Assembly (NCBI RefSeq): GCF_025526975.1
Contig: NW_026515690.1
Location: 248,001-312,000 of the forward strand
Length of the DNA stretch: 64,000 bases
DNA from: Fimicolochytrium jonesii
Lineage: Eukaryota
Direction of reading: 5' to 3'
Part shown: piece by piece, positions 50,371 to 61,846 of the stretch
Layout: the number at the start of each line of letters is the position of its first letter
Numbering within the stretch: the first letter of the stretch is position 1
Made by a program: the position numbers and the translations under genes
The notes under the pieces: model-generated
What the model saw: only the letters and a program-made list of their open reading frames with translations
Database searches by the model: none
Told to the model about the DNA's origin: nothing

Positions 50371-51291
50371 ATGGCAACATCCTTCTTCTCCGTCCTCATC
50401 AACGGTCAAATCGAGTCCGGTCACGTATGTGTGTTTGTTCCCTGCACCTGCATATCCCGAGAGAACGCCATAATCCGCCTCTCACGAACATCTCGTCTCC
50501 GTTTAGTTCGCATCGTACGACAACATCTACCTCAAATTCTCCTTCGTGCACGGTCCGGACTGGGCCGTCGTCGCGGGCGTCGAGGAAGGCATCACCCAAC
50601 AATCGCTCTCCAACCTCTTCTTCTCCCGCGGCGACCCGCGCAAGGCCGGCTGTGTGTGGAACTTCCCCATCGACCTCGCGTTCAAATCTACCAACGCTTA
50701 CGGTATGCCTGTGCAACATCATGGTCCACGCATGTCGCCAGTTGGGATGGAAAAAGGGGGCGTGATACTGATCGGTGATGAACGGGCTTAGGGTGGCCGC
50801 AGATGCTGATGACGGTATACGGCCCGGATTTGTTGGGGAGGGATGTGGTTAGGGGCTATGGGGTGGTGAGGGTGCCGAGGGTTCCTGGGATGTAAGTCCT
50901 GCACTCTTCGCCCCCTCCGCATTCAGCCCCAATCCTCTTTTGCAGTAACACCCTCTCGTTGGTTGATAGACATACATTGGAGGTCCCAATGTTCGTCCCC
51001 CTCGCCTCAACAACCCTAAACGGATTCCTGTCGTGGGCGAGCGGCCGGCTGCCTGAGTTTCGGGATGTGCGGTTTATTGCCGGGAATGAGGGGCGGGAAG
51101 GTTGGCAAAAAAAAACGCAAACATCATATGCGAGGGTCTTTTTTGAGTCGCACGTTATTGATGAACGCACTTGTGTTTTTTTGGTAGTGACGACGGTACG
51201 CAGCCAGGGGATCGTGAAGGTGACGTTGAATGTGGGGACGAAGGATATGGAAAGGTTTGGGTATGTCGTGCGGAGTTTGACCGGGAAGTGA
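50371..51291 (+). CDS. B9D1: B9 domain-containing protein 1 (ciliary transition zone MKS module)
   Basis: Five exons giving [68 protein letters not shown]. Confidence 0.95.
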
Positions 51292-51421
51292 AGTGATACT
51301 GTTCGGGGGGATTGTAACGTGTCGTGTGGGTTGTAAGAGTGTGTACATACAGAATGAAAAAGAATGGGGGCGTCTATCCTCCTACCTATCTACAAACAAG
51401 ACGCTCGCAACGGGGGCTAGC

Positions 51422-53412
51422 TCACTTGTCTTCCTCCTCGTCACTCTCATCCACCGGCACCTGATACTCCCAACTAACATCCCACCGACTGCCGGGCGCC
51501 GCGGCACTCACATACTTTACAAACCGCATCAACCCCTCATCCCTCACCACAATCGTCAACACATTCCACCCCGCACTGACCGTCAACAGCGCGCCTTCAT
51601 CCTGCACGGTGCGGTACACCGCCGCGTCCATATCGCCGTCATCAGGGGCCATGTAAGCTTCATACCCGCCCATTTCATCCGATTCCCAGAGGGTGGGGTT
51701 TGAGGGGGTGAGGCAGAGGGTGGCATCGAGGAGACGCGTGGGGGAGGACCAGGCGAGGGTGTAGTCGAGCCCCGGGCGGAAGCGGCGGGCGAGGCCGCGG
51801 TGGTGGGTGGGCGGGAGTTGGGTGAGGAGGGCGAGCCAGCGGCGGAAGGCGGGGGTGGGGAAGAGGTGGGTTGTTAGGGTGTGGAAGACGGTTGTTGGTG
51901 TTGGTTGGGTTTGGGTGGTGGTGGTGGTGGATGAGGAGGGTTGGGAAGGGCGAAGGGCGAGGTATCGCAGTTTGTGAGGTGGGCCATCGACTTTCCAATC
52001 CCCTGCAACGCCCGTGCCATGTTTCGGCATCACCGGTTTATCGAACCCGCACGCAGCATCGTCGGCAGTTGTCGCGACTCTGATTTGTTCCGCCAGCTCG
52101 TCGTTTAGGAATTCCGCGAGCTGGATGCTCGACTCCTCCAGGAACCGTTCCGACACCTGCGCGAGGACGCTCATGTTGAGGTAGCGCGGGTTCAGCCATT
52201 TCGCCAGTTCCGTGATATCCTCCTCGCTCAACCCCTCCATGGCGTCGGGGTCTACCTCGCCCTCAAACTCCACAAACGGTTCCGACAGCCCCTGCTGCAA
52301 TTGGTCCAACGACGGTGCAGCAGCTGCGTCCTCCTCCGCATTCTCGCTGTACCCTTCCTCGCCTTCCTGCGGCACATGGAACCACCCGGAGATGCTCAAC
52401 CGCGACTTATCCACCACTACCTCCTCCACGGAATGGAACGAGTGGCCCGGCTGCACCGTGAACATAACAAACTGGTTCCATTTCGGCGGGATGGACACCG
52501 TCGGCGCGACATCAGGTGTCCCCTTCGTCACCACGGGATAGAGTTCCAGGGCGCCGCCGTAACTAGGCAGCCAGGCCTCGTCGGGGCTGGGTAGGTACAG
52601 GATGTAGCTCACCCTGCGTGTGCCGATGACGTCGTCGTGGTTGAGGAGGTGGCAGCCATTGAGGTAGTTGTTAATGCTCATGTCTGTTTTGGTGCCCGAG
52701 AGAGGGCCGCAGCCCGTGACGTCGCGGATGAATTGGCGGAAGGTGGGCGAGTAGAGGGCGTTGCGGAGTTGGAAGAGGGAGGAGAGCTGTTGGAGTTCGT
52801 GGGCGGGGAGGCCGTCGAGGTTGGCGAGATCGCCTGTTTGGTGGACCTGCATACACCAACAGTCAACGATTAATCATCATCGACCTTCGATCATCAACCA
52901 TCAACCAGCGATAAACAAGGAAAAAGCAATAAGAACTCCCGTTCGCCGTCGCTAACCAAAAGGGGCCAGGGGAGGCCCCACGTCATAATAAGAACGACCG
53001 TTCGCAGTCGCCACCGGTATTGCGGCTGGCGGGGCCGCTCGCCTGCCTCGCATCGCTCGGTCTTGCCGCACGTCGCCGCAGTACACCACCATCCCTCGCT
53101 TCCCTCCCGCTCCGCCCCGCCCCACCTCCTCACCTTATAAATATCCGTCTCCTTAACCGTAAAATGCAAACTCGCCATAATCTCCTTCCTAACCCTCCTC
53201 AACAATTCCTCATCACACAGCTCATTGATGGCGCAGTGCAAATACGGCGTGGACGTCTTGAATTGCTCAGCAAGAGTCGTGCGGGTGGACTCGGATAGGA
53301 GACCGGGGCGGAAGGCGGCGACATGGTCGGCGGTGGTGGGGGTGGTGGGAGTGGTGCGGGGTCGCTTTGAGGGCGAGGAGGTGGCGGTGTCTTCTAGAGA
53401 GCGACGGACCAT
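51422..53412 (-). CDS. TPA1: 2OG-Fe(II) prolyl 3,4-dihydroxylase Tpa1/Ofd1/OGFOD1
   Basis: Exons 53412-53134 and 52846-51422. KETDIYKVHQTGDLANL, HLLNHDDVIGTRRVSYILYL, SFHSVEEV, RLSISGWFH, ARRFRPGLDYTLA, GSRWD. Confidence 0.97.
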
Positions 53413-53882
53413 GGTTGGGAGTTGACCTATGTAGTTAGCGAGGTGTGCTTTTTGTGAAATGGGGAGCCTTTTTGCGAGGACGGTTTTCCGTGTGGGAAAA
53501 AAAAGGGCAGCCGGGGCGAACGGACGCGCGTGTTGAAAACGCTGTCAAGGAGACTCGGACGGCCAAACAACCACGGACCCTCGTCAGAGTGCGCCAACAA
53601 CAAACAAGCGACGGGGGGGCCGGAGGCGCTATGAGTTTACGTCCAGTATGAAGATGTACGCCGTATCTCACTGGCTCTTGCAGGTGCATGCTTCTACTCG
53701 GGTATATATCCATTCCGGCCGTTTTCAAAGATGCAGCTTTCCCACATACTCCCCGCAAGCCCATACGCCTTCATCCTGTCATCATCCCCCTTGCCCCCAA
53801 CTAATCCCACCCCCCAACGTCCCACAATCAGAACTTGCACGTTTCCAAAAATGCTATACACACCTAACAAACCCACCACACA

Positions 53883-54787
53883 TCAAAACAACCTCCCCGC
53901 AACCCCCTTCGGCCCAAGCGCCGCCGGATCCCGTTTATACCGCCGATACGCCTCGCGGATATGGTCTGGCCGGATCGCACCCGTGTCGTTCCAGTCTTCC
54001 ATTACTTCTCGTGCTGCCAACCATCATCGTATGTATCAGTGGGGGATGAAGGCGAGAGGGTTACATAGTATCAGAGACCCCAAAGGGGAGACGGAAGAGG
54101 GATGGGGTAGAATGCTTACCACGCTCAGTCATTTCCCCCACGAACAACTTCGCAACGCCCGCGACGACGGTGGCGGAGGATTCGGGGATGGTGTGGCCGC
54201 AGAGGGTTGAGATGTGCTGAACATCATCGCACACGAGTCCCATGAGTCCCAATGTGATTCACGGGACAGACTGAGATCAGAGGGGTGTGGGGCTTACCTT
54301 CCGCATACTCCCCTTCTGGATCTTCGCCCTCCGAAACACCTCGTACCGTGCTTGTTCTTCCGGTGTGAATGTCGCAAACAGCGCGCTGAAAAAAAAGATC
54401 CCCCTAATCAACATTCCAACTTTCTCCCAGAGTCCCCCCCTTCCCATCCACAGGGAATGTGAAAGCCAGAACATACCGCTCAGCAACCTTATTCACCAAA
54501 CTCCGTGTGAACGTAAATTCCTCAAACGAATCCTCTTCCTCCTCCTCTTCCTCCGCCCCTGCATCCTTCTTCTGCCCCTTCTCTCCCTCCCCCTCCGCCA
54601 CCCCCGTCGCCTCGCCTTTAGCTGTTACTATATCGTTTTGCCCTGTGGATATCGATGCTGGTGCTACGGCGGAGGTGGAGCTGGGAATGGGATTGGCGTT
54701 GTCTGGGATGGGTGTCACCCCCCGGCCGGCTTTGGCACGGGGCGTGGCGGTTGTTTTGCGCCGCTTTTTGGGGGTTGGGTCGTCCAT
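53883..54787 (-). CDS. TAF11: TFIID subunit 11 (histone fold)
   Basis: Spliced product ..FTPEEQARYEVFRRA..VVAGVAKLFVGEMTERAREVMEDW..GAIRPDHIREAYRRY. Confidence 0.92.
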
Positions 54788-55234
54788 TCTGAGGAGAGAC
54801 GTGAGGAGGGTGGAGGTTCTTTCGACTGTTTATCTCTCGTTACTGAACCTGGACAGGCCTGTGTTTGTGTGATTTGCGAAGAGTCGAAGATTGCAGTCCT
54901 CTGAGAGTTCCTCCCCGGAGTGAGAAGTTCGCGCGAACCTCAGAAAGCGCGTTTTCCCCAATCTCCACCTACGTAGACCTACACTACGTACAGAACAGTA
55001 CTAGTCCGCACAGATTCAAAAATGACGCTAACGAGCTCCTTCTCAGTACGCTGCCTTAATCGTAACCTCACCATCGGCTGTGATTCATGGGTGGAATGGG
55101 TGATTTCAGGTGGTTTGGAAGGGTATCAACGAGGTTCACAAAATGATACTGTGCTCTTCACATTCATGAAACATGTAGTCGTATGTAGTTCTCAACGGCC
55201 CACAGAAGAAGTTCGCTCTCCCAACCCCCCTTGT

Positions 55235-57309
55235 CTACCCCTTATGCTCCACACAAGTAGTATTCAACTTCCCCTCCCTAACCACCGTCTTAAACTGCTC
55301 CGACACGGGAAGCTCACTAAACTCCCCCTTATGCTCCCCACTGGTCTGCTGCACACACACATTCACCTCGCCACTCTTGCCAGTGAGGATCTCGACGCTG
55401 TCGGCGCACTCGGCGGAGAGGTACAGTTGCAGACCGTCGGTTTTGTCGATTGCGACGGTCGGGACGGTGCCGGTGACTTGCACTTGGACGGATTTGGAGT
55501 TGACGATGTCCACGGTTGAGACGGCGCTGTCTAGGACCAGGCCGGTTTTTTTGCAGTTGTCTGTGGGATTGAGGAGAAAGTGTGTGAGACGGGAAATGAC
55601 GATGCAATAACGATAATGGAGAGACGTCACATACCCAAAGTCACAGCGTTGATCTTGCCCTTGATGTGGATAGTCGAGTTCTGGCAGTTGTAAATATAGA
55701 CAACGTGTCGCAGCTCGGTTTGCTCAATCACGATATCGTTGTTGTTGTTGTGGTTTTCCTGTGGTTTCACAGAAGAAAATGAGCACCCTCGTTTCGTTGC
55801 AAGTACCGTAAAGGATCACCGAGGTACGTACAACGACCCATTTACTACCCTCCAACGAAGTCTTCGGGGGCGCCTTGGGTGCTGCTGCGGACGCCTTAGG
55901 TGCAGAGCCTATAGCCAAAAAGAGGAAGGCGAATTCAGAGATTGTCATCGAGGCGAGAACACCGCCACCACCCCCTTACCAGCAGCGGGCGTAGGGGCCT
56001 TAACAACACTTCCAGCCCTGAGTTCCGGATTCTTATGCGTCATCTCCGATTTGTCCACCTTCCGCAAGCCTAGAAAGAGACATGATGGATTCAGATGGGC
56101 CGTCCACCGCACATCCGGACTGCGTTGCTTGTTAGAACTCACCGCTTGTCAACCCATCCTTGTTCAACGCGCTGAACAATGCCGAGGCATCAGGCGCGGG
56201 GCTCTTAGACGACGAGGTGGGCTCAATGCCGACTGCAGGCGCGGGAGGTGGTGGGGGCGGTCCGCCCGCTGATGGCGCTGCTGCGGGTGCGGCGGGGGCT
56301 GCGCTGCCTAAAAGAGATCGCATGAAAATTATTAGAACGCGAAATGGACAGCCGAAGGAATCAGTTTTGTGCATCGTTTCCTACCATTGGCAGACTTGGC
56401 GTCTCCACCACGAGGGTTCCAGGCCAGACCGGTCGTGTGGTGCTTCTTAACGTAAGCCTGCAGTTCGGCAAGAAAGTTGACGAAGGTGCTTGCCCAGTCT
56501 GCCTGGTTCTTGTCCCTGGATGATGAAATCCCGAAATCAGTGAGAACGGGAGTCGTGGGAATATGAAGACTTGCTTCGTCAACTTACTTGTCCTTGAATT
56601 CCTTGATGACCCGGTTGCCCCAAAATTGCGAGGACTCTTTCATCTCTCCGACGAAGGGGCCGGGTGTAGGTTCCTGGATGGCAAGTCAATAGACATATCA
56701 GTGGATATCGCTTGGAACTGTCGCTAAGAGCCATGGTGGGGAGAGTATTGCGCCCCTCCCGCGCTCGCTATCGCTTGGCCTCCCATCGCAAAGCAGCGCT
56801 CGAGCTATCTATCCCCTTTACTATCCCTCGCGTTAACTCACCACAACAACCCAACCAAGAGCCGGGATCCCCTCGCTAACCGTCGACAAATGGTTATACT
56901 GCTGACTAGCTCTATTCTTCTCCCTCAACTCCGTAATCTTCATAATCGCCCCCTGCGTCGGCTTCAACAGGTCCTGCAACGTCGGCAAGTCCGGCTTCTT
57001 CGACAGCACCGCGACCTGGATGAGTGCGCGCTGAGCCGCCAGTGCTTCCTTCACATGACCCGCCTGCTGCTGAACGAGATCGCCAAGGGCGTTGCTGGCG
57101 GTGAGGTAGGCGGCGAAGGGACCGGAGACGAGGTCGTCGAAGGCGGTGATGGCGGCATGGCTGCCACCTGCTGGGGCACCCGAAGAGGAATCGGTGGAAG
57201 ATGAGGTTGTTGGATGGGCTTTTGGAGGGCGTGCGGCGACCTCCTCGAGACGCTGGGTGGCAGTTTCGAGACGCTTGATGAGAGAAGCGAGCGTAACTTC
57301 TGTCGACAT
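55235..57309 (-). CDS. SRV2: adenylyl cyclase-associated protein (CAP)
   Basis: LIKRLETATQRLE, NHLSTVSEGIPALGWV, QFWGNRVIKEFK, poly-Pro, LRKVDKSEMTHKNPELR, KGKINAVTL, VPTVAIDKTDG, ELPVSEQFK. Confidence 0.97.
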
Positions 57310-58500
57310 GGTGAAGGGATGAAGGGTTTGTTGCTGGGCTCTGGGGTTATGGCGGAAGACGCTGCTGATGGGTAAGATGGTGCCCGAGTTGAAGTTGCAG
57401 GTGGAAAGCGCACACCATCCTCCGCCACATGGAAGGTTTGGAAGGTTGGGCCGGTTAGGGTTGCGCGCGCTCTTCTATCGGCGTCAACAACCTGTAAGGC
57501 GTCCTATCGCACACCACAGCTTGGCTAGCGAAATCAGCCCTCGGGACTTGTCTTGGACTCTGAGAAATAAGTCCTCGGCCTTGGCTAACAATCGGACCGA
57601 AAGCAACCGCCTGGTTTATGTTATGGACGTGCTTGTAATAGTCACATCAGGAGGCCTTGAACAATATCCCTCGGGTATGTCATACACCAACCTCCTGCAT
57701 TTCTGTATCGGCAGCTGTATTGCTATCTCGACGGTCTGTCCAGTCGTTCAGAATTATCCGATTGATTCGCTCACAAGGGCGGAATCACTCATCGCTGGAC
57801 TGTGCCTTGGTTGTGTGTGTGGGCTGCGCGAATGGATTTGGTCTTCTGCTCTCCCCACTTTCCCGCTTTGGTCCCAATCGGAGGTACGAAGCCGGCCTTG
57901 CGAGATGAGATTGCACATCGCCTTCGGGATTCTGACAAGCTCAGTGTCGGCAAATGATAAACCGACCTGCGAGAGTTGAGCACTGCAAGCAGCCCGAGGA
58001 GACGATGTGTGCTCATCTGCTACTTCGCCTCCCGATGATCCGAAGATGCTTGGGCCTTACACTTTGCTACCGACGTAAGTATATCTGCAGCCGCTTCAAA
58101 ACAAGCAGGTCCTCTGGCTGTTGTTACGCTGGTTTCGAAAACAGAAGGTGAGTAAGATGTAGCGTTGGGAGCGGTCGACGGTGGCGGAGGTGCTCTCGCA
58201 GAGGCAGTCTGTCGCACTCAAAACTGTCGGGAGCTATGGTGCTCTCGAGACTTGATGTGCAATTGCTCGATCCTTCACTGGCTTAGCGGATCTTTGCGCC
58301 GTCCAGGGTTCTGACGGCGTATGAACGCATGCATACCCGGCGAGAGTGCGGAGCCGCGGAGGCCGCGGGGGGCCGACAATTTCACAACCTTTGCAGTCCT
58401 ACTGCCACTCCGAAACGTTTGCCAGTGGGGGTTTCAGGCCGTCCGAACTAGCTTGAAGGCTCGTCTATGTATGATATCTACCGTACACTCCCAACGATGG

Positions 58501-58534
58501 GGACGATATCCGTCGGCGGACGATATCCGTCGGC
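58501..58534. repeat. perfect 17-bp tandem duplication (near-palindromic unit)
   Basis: ggacgatatccgtcggc occurs twice in tandem. Confidence 0.9.
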
Positions 58535-59756
58535 ACGTTTTATAAGATGTATTTTGTCGGTCTCCAGCCTCTCCTCCACGTTTGTGCTGCGGGCATACCA
58601 ATTTGGCATCCCAGGCCCGTCATTGGTGTGCGGATTCGCAGTACCCGCCTTGTCAACCATCATGGAAAGCCGGAATCACGGCCGCTGCTTATTGCGCAAA
58701 GCACTGCGTCCCAACTCCGCACATGCAAGGAGGCATGAAAAGGCATCTTTGCATCACACAAGATCACAGCACCCTGTTTTTTCAAGCGTCAGAAAAAAAA
58801 AAGGTGTTTAGGCGGCGGCTTCACGGAGGGCTCTGCCGAGTCGCCCTTCGTTATCAAGTTATCAAACTTTATATACGCAATTTCCGGGGTGGCGATCAAA
58901 GGCAGATTAGTGTGGGCAGCGGGATCCTGTCGAATCTGGAAATTTTGTCCCAAGTCCAAAGTCCAACAAGCCGCCATCGTCGGATCCCGTCCTGATCAAG
59001 TCCCGCTAGCCGACGCCGCGGTCAGAAACAAGGTGCTCCGATGGACGGAACGCCGTTCAGTCGTTAACAAAATCGTATGACGCCGTCGGCAGACTGTGTA
59101 GTGATCGCCGTGGGTTATGAAAGGGTACTATTTTGAGGTACTCCTGCTAATGGGGTGCCCGCCCACGTGCCGGCAGCGGGGGTCGGTGCGACTTGTGGGT
59201 GGCGGCTTTTAGAAATGGGAAAGTCGGCAGGTTTCTCAAGTGATCGTCGAATTCCTAAACAATGGGCTAATCTGGCGGCCCGATTGTTTTGCAGCCATGG
59301 TTGGATTGAGCGAGGCCTCCCTGTTGCAAGAGCAATAATAAGGGAATCCACGGCGGGTGGGGCTGCTGTCCGTGTTCCCCGTGCGCGTCCACGTTCGGCC
59401 GTGGCAGAGGCCTCTTTTCCCTCCTAAAAGAAAGGCAACACCCAGCCCCGCAAACTCATTACGCTCAGCACTCCACTCCGACACCAGCACAGCCCGACTG
59501 TATCGGTATATACTCGCTGGGTGGTGAGCTATCGAAACCTGAGTCAAACTCACACCGAAAAGAAGAAGTTGTTTTGGTCAGAGAAAGCAAGATCGTCTAT
59601 CGCCACTTTTGTCCTGGGAAAACTTCACACTCCGCCGCAACTGGAAAGACACTCATTGGGGGCCGAAGAGAAGCGGTATCCTTTTCCTCAGCGCATTAAG
59701 AGCGATTCCAGACGCATACCAGTCCCTATCACTGTCACAAACAGCCGAACGAGGGA

Positions 59757-61403
59757 ATGTCCTCACACGGGGCTCCTGCCGTCATGTACACCAACCAGCG
59801 TTTCTCGTCGCATCCCGAAGCCCCCAGATACCCCACCTCCAAACCACCACCGTCCCACCCGCTACCGGCACCTCCTGCGGGGTTCGCCGAAACAAGCCCT
59901 GTCGAACCACAACGGCGGGCGGACTCTGGAATAGCTGAGATGGAGGAGGAGAAGCTGCCGGAGATGTTGCGCGGCGGCCGCAAGTCGTCATACGGAGCAA
60001 CTACGTCTCCCACTGCTTATGGCCAGCAACAGCAAGTACCATCCGTAGTGCAAAAAGGAGACCCTAGCGCCATGTCTCTTGCGCTAGATCTCCTGTTGAC
60101 AGATCTGGAGGGGACGATAGACTCGTTAACAAAGGATCAGTATGGCAGACCACTGCAGCAGCAGGAGCCCGGTTCTGCCTCAATGTCGCCACGCCCTCGC
60201 CGTCAAACGAACCCGTCCATCCCCAGGAGAAACGATACCCCACCGTTCAACGCGGACGAATACGCAGAAGAACGACGACACCTGTCAACCCCTGACACTA
60301 TCATGTCGGAGGAACCGGCGGGCTTCACGCATCCGGCCTCTGGCCAGCAGTATTACATGGGGACGGGCGCTACACCCCCTCGACATCAATTGCAAAGGCT
60401 TCCAGTGAACGGGCTGAGTCAGATGTCTGGTCGAACATCTACTTTGAGCGGCAACAGCGATGGGACGCAATTGGCTTCCGCGAATTCTCAAAACCAGTAT
60501 TCGACAAGCGTGGGTAGCAGCACGGCGTACACGCACCGCCCACGAATGAACTCAGTCTCCAACGTCAGCGCGCACTCACACGGGTCCGGCGGTCTCTCCT
60601 ACACCAGCACTCAAAGTCGCGCGTCCACACCCTCCCTCTGCTCCGGGTCCGAGTCACTCCCCTTCTGGGCCGCACCCCCCGTCACATCCTCCGCCAACGC
60701 CTCCTCCTCCAATACCCCCTTCAGCTCGCCCAAAACCCTCGGCTCCCTGATGCGTCTCCCCGGCGCCAAGCACGGCCAGCTGATGGTCATGTCCGCCGGC
60801 GGTATATTCGGCAAACAGAGCTGGAAACCGCGCTACTACGTGCTGGCCAACTACCGCCTCTACTCCTTCAAATCCAACGACGAGAAGCAGCAGACCGCTA
60901 CGCAGGGCACCTATCTGCAGTTCACCCCCAACTCGCAGGCAGCCGTCTCTGAAAAGGGATTCGGCGTCGTCGAGGTGACCGGCCAAACATGGATGGGCGA
61001 CGGCGCCATGGTCCCGCGCACCTGCGTCGACACCGTCTGGGCCCTCCAATCCTCCGGGCAGGAAGAGATGATGGACTGGCTCAACGCGTTCCGATTCACC
61101 ATCTCCAGCCTCGCGAGCATGGTCCGCGGCGACGGCGAGTACATGTACCCTGAAAACCATCACCACCCGCAGGAGATGCTCGAACAGTCGTACTACCCGC
61201 CGTCGTCCCGACAAAGCGTGCCTGCGCGCCCACACGCGGAGAAGAAGAGCGAGTGGCCGACCTCGGCGTCCGCGGAGAAGAAGAGCGAGTGGCCCACCAG
61301 TTCGAACAAGAAGAGCGAGTGGCCGACCTCGTCGAATAAGAAGAAGGAGAAGAAAGCGTTGCCCGCGGGCGGCATGCTGCCGTATGGGAGTGTTTACTTC
61401 TAG
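59757..61403 (+). CDS. PH-domain protein (548 aa)
   Basis: Intronless ORF. KHGQL..GIFGKQSWKPRYYVL..LYSFK..WALQSSGQEEMMDWLNAF is a PH pattern, with disordered flanks. Confidence 0.88.
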   Translation: MSSHGAPAVMYTNQRFSSHPEAPRYPTSKPPPSHPLPAPPAGFAETSPVEPQRRADSGIAEMEEEKLPEMLRGGRKSSYGATTSPTAYGQQQQVPSVVQKGDPSAMSLALDLLLTDLEGTIDSLTKDQYGRPLQQQEPGSASMSPRPRRQTNPSIPRRNDTPPFNADEYAEERRHLSTPDTIMSEEPAGFTHPASGQQYYMGTGATPPRHQLQRLPVNGLSQMSGRTSTLSGNSDGTQLASANSQNQYSTSVGSSTAYTHRPRMNSVSNVSAHSHGSGGLSYTSTQSRASTPSLCSGSESLPFWAAPPVTSSANASSSNTPFSSPKTLGSLMRLPGAKHGQLMVMSAGGIFGKQSWKPRYYVLANYRLYSFKSNDEKQQTATQGTYLQFTPNSQAAVSEKGFGVVEVTGQTWMGDGAMVPRTCVDTVWALQSSGQEEMMDWLNAFRFTISSLASMVRGDGEYMYPENHHHPQEMLEQSYYPPSSRQSVPARPHAEKKSEWPTSASAEKKSEWPTSSNKKSEWPTSSNKKKEKKALPAGGMLPYGSVYF

Positions 61404-61846
61404 GGGGAGGTTTTTGGAAGCATTTGCCGTAGTTTACACTAGCTTCTTGACGGCGTACTCGTTAGTGGACCCGCAAATGTTGTAGGCTTCGTAGCATTTC
61501 ATCCGAACCCTTTTGCTGGATTCCCCCACATCACTGTTTATAGTCTTTCCCCCGCTATCTGCAGCACATCACTTCCCCCCCCTCACATTTGTATATATGC
61601 CCGCCTCTACCCATAGAGATACCACTGAATCATAGTCACTTATTTCACTTTGCCATCTATTGCTTGCCGTTTGCGTATCCTATGCTCAGGAACCACACCA
61701 ACAAAAAGCCAGACTCGAAGATGAAACTCGTATATAATGAGGGGGTATAAACAATCACAAAGAGATGCTAAAAAAAAAAAGAACTCTCATCTCTATGCAA
61801 CGCCAACGAACACACGTCCAACCAACGGCTCATAGATTCCCGACTT

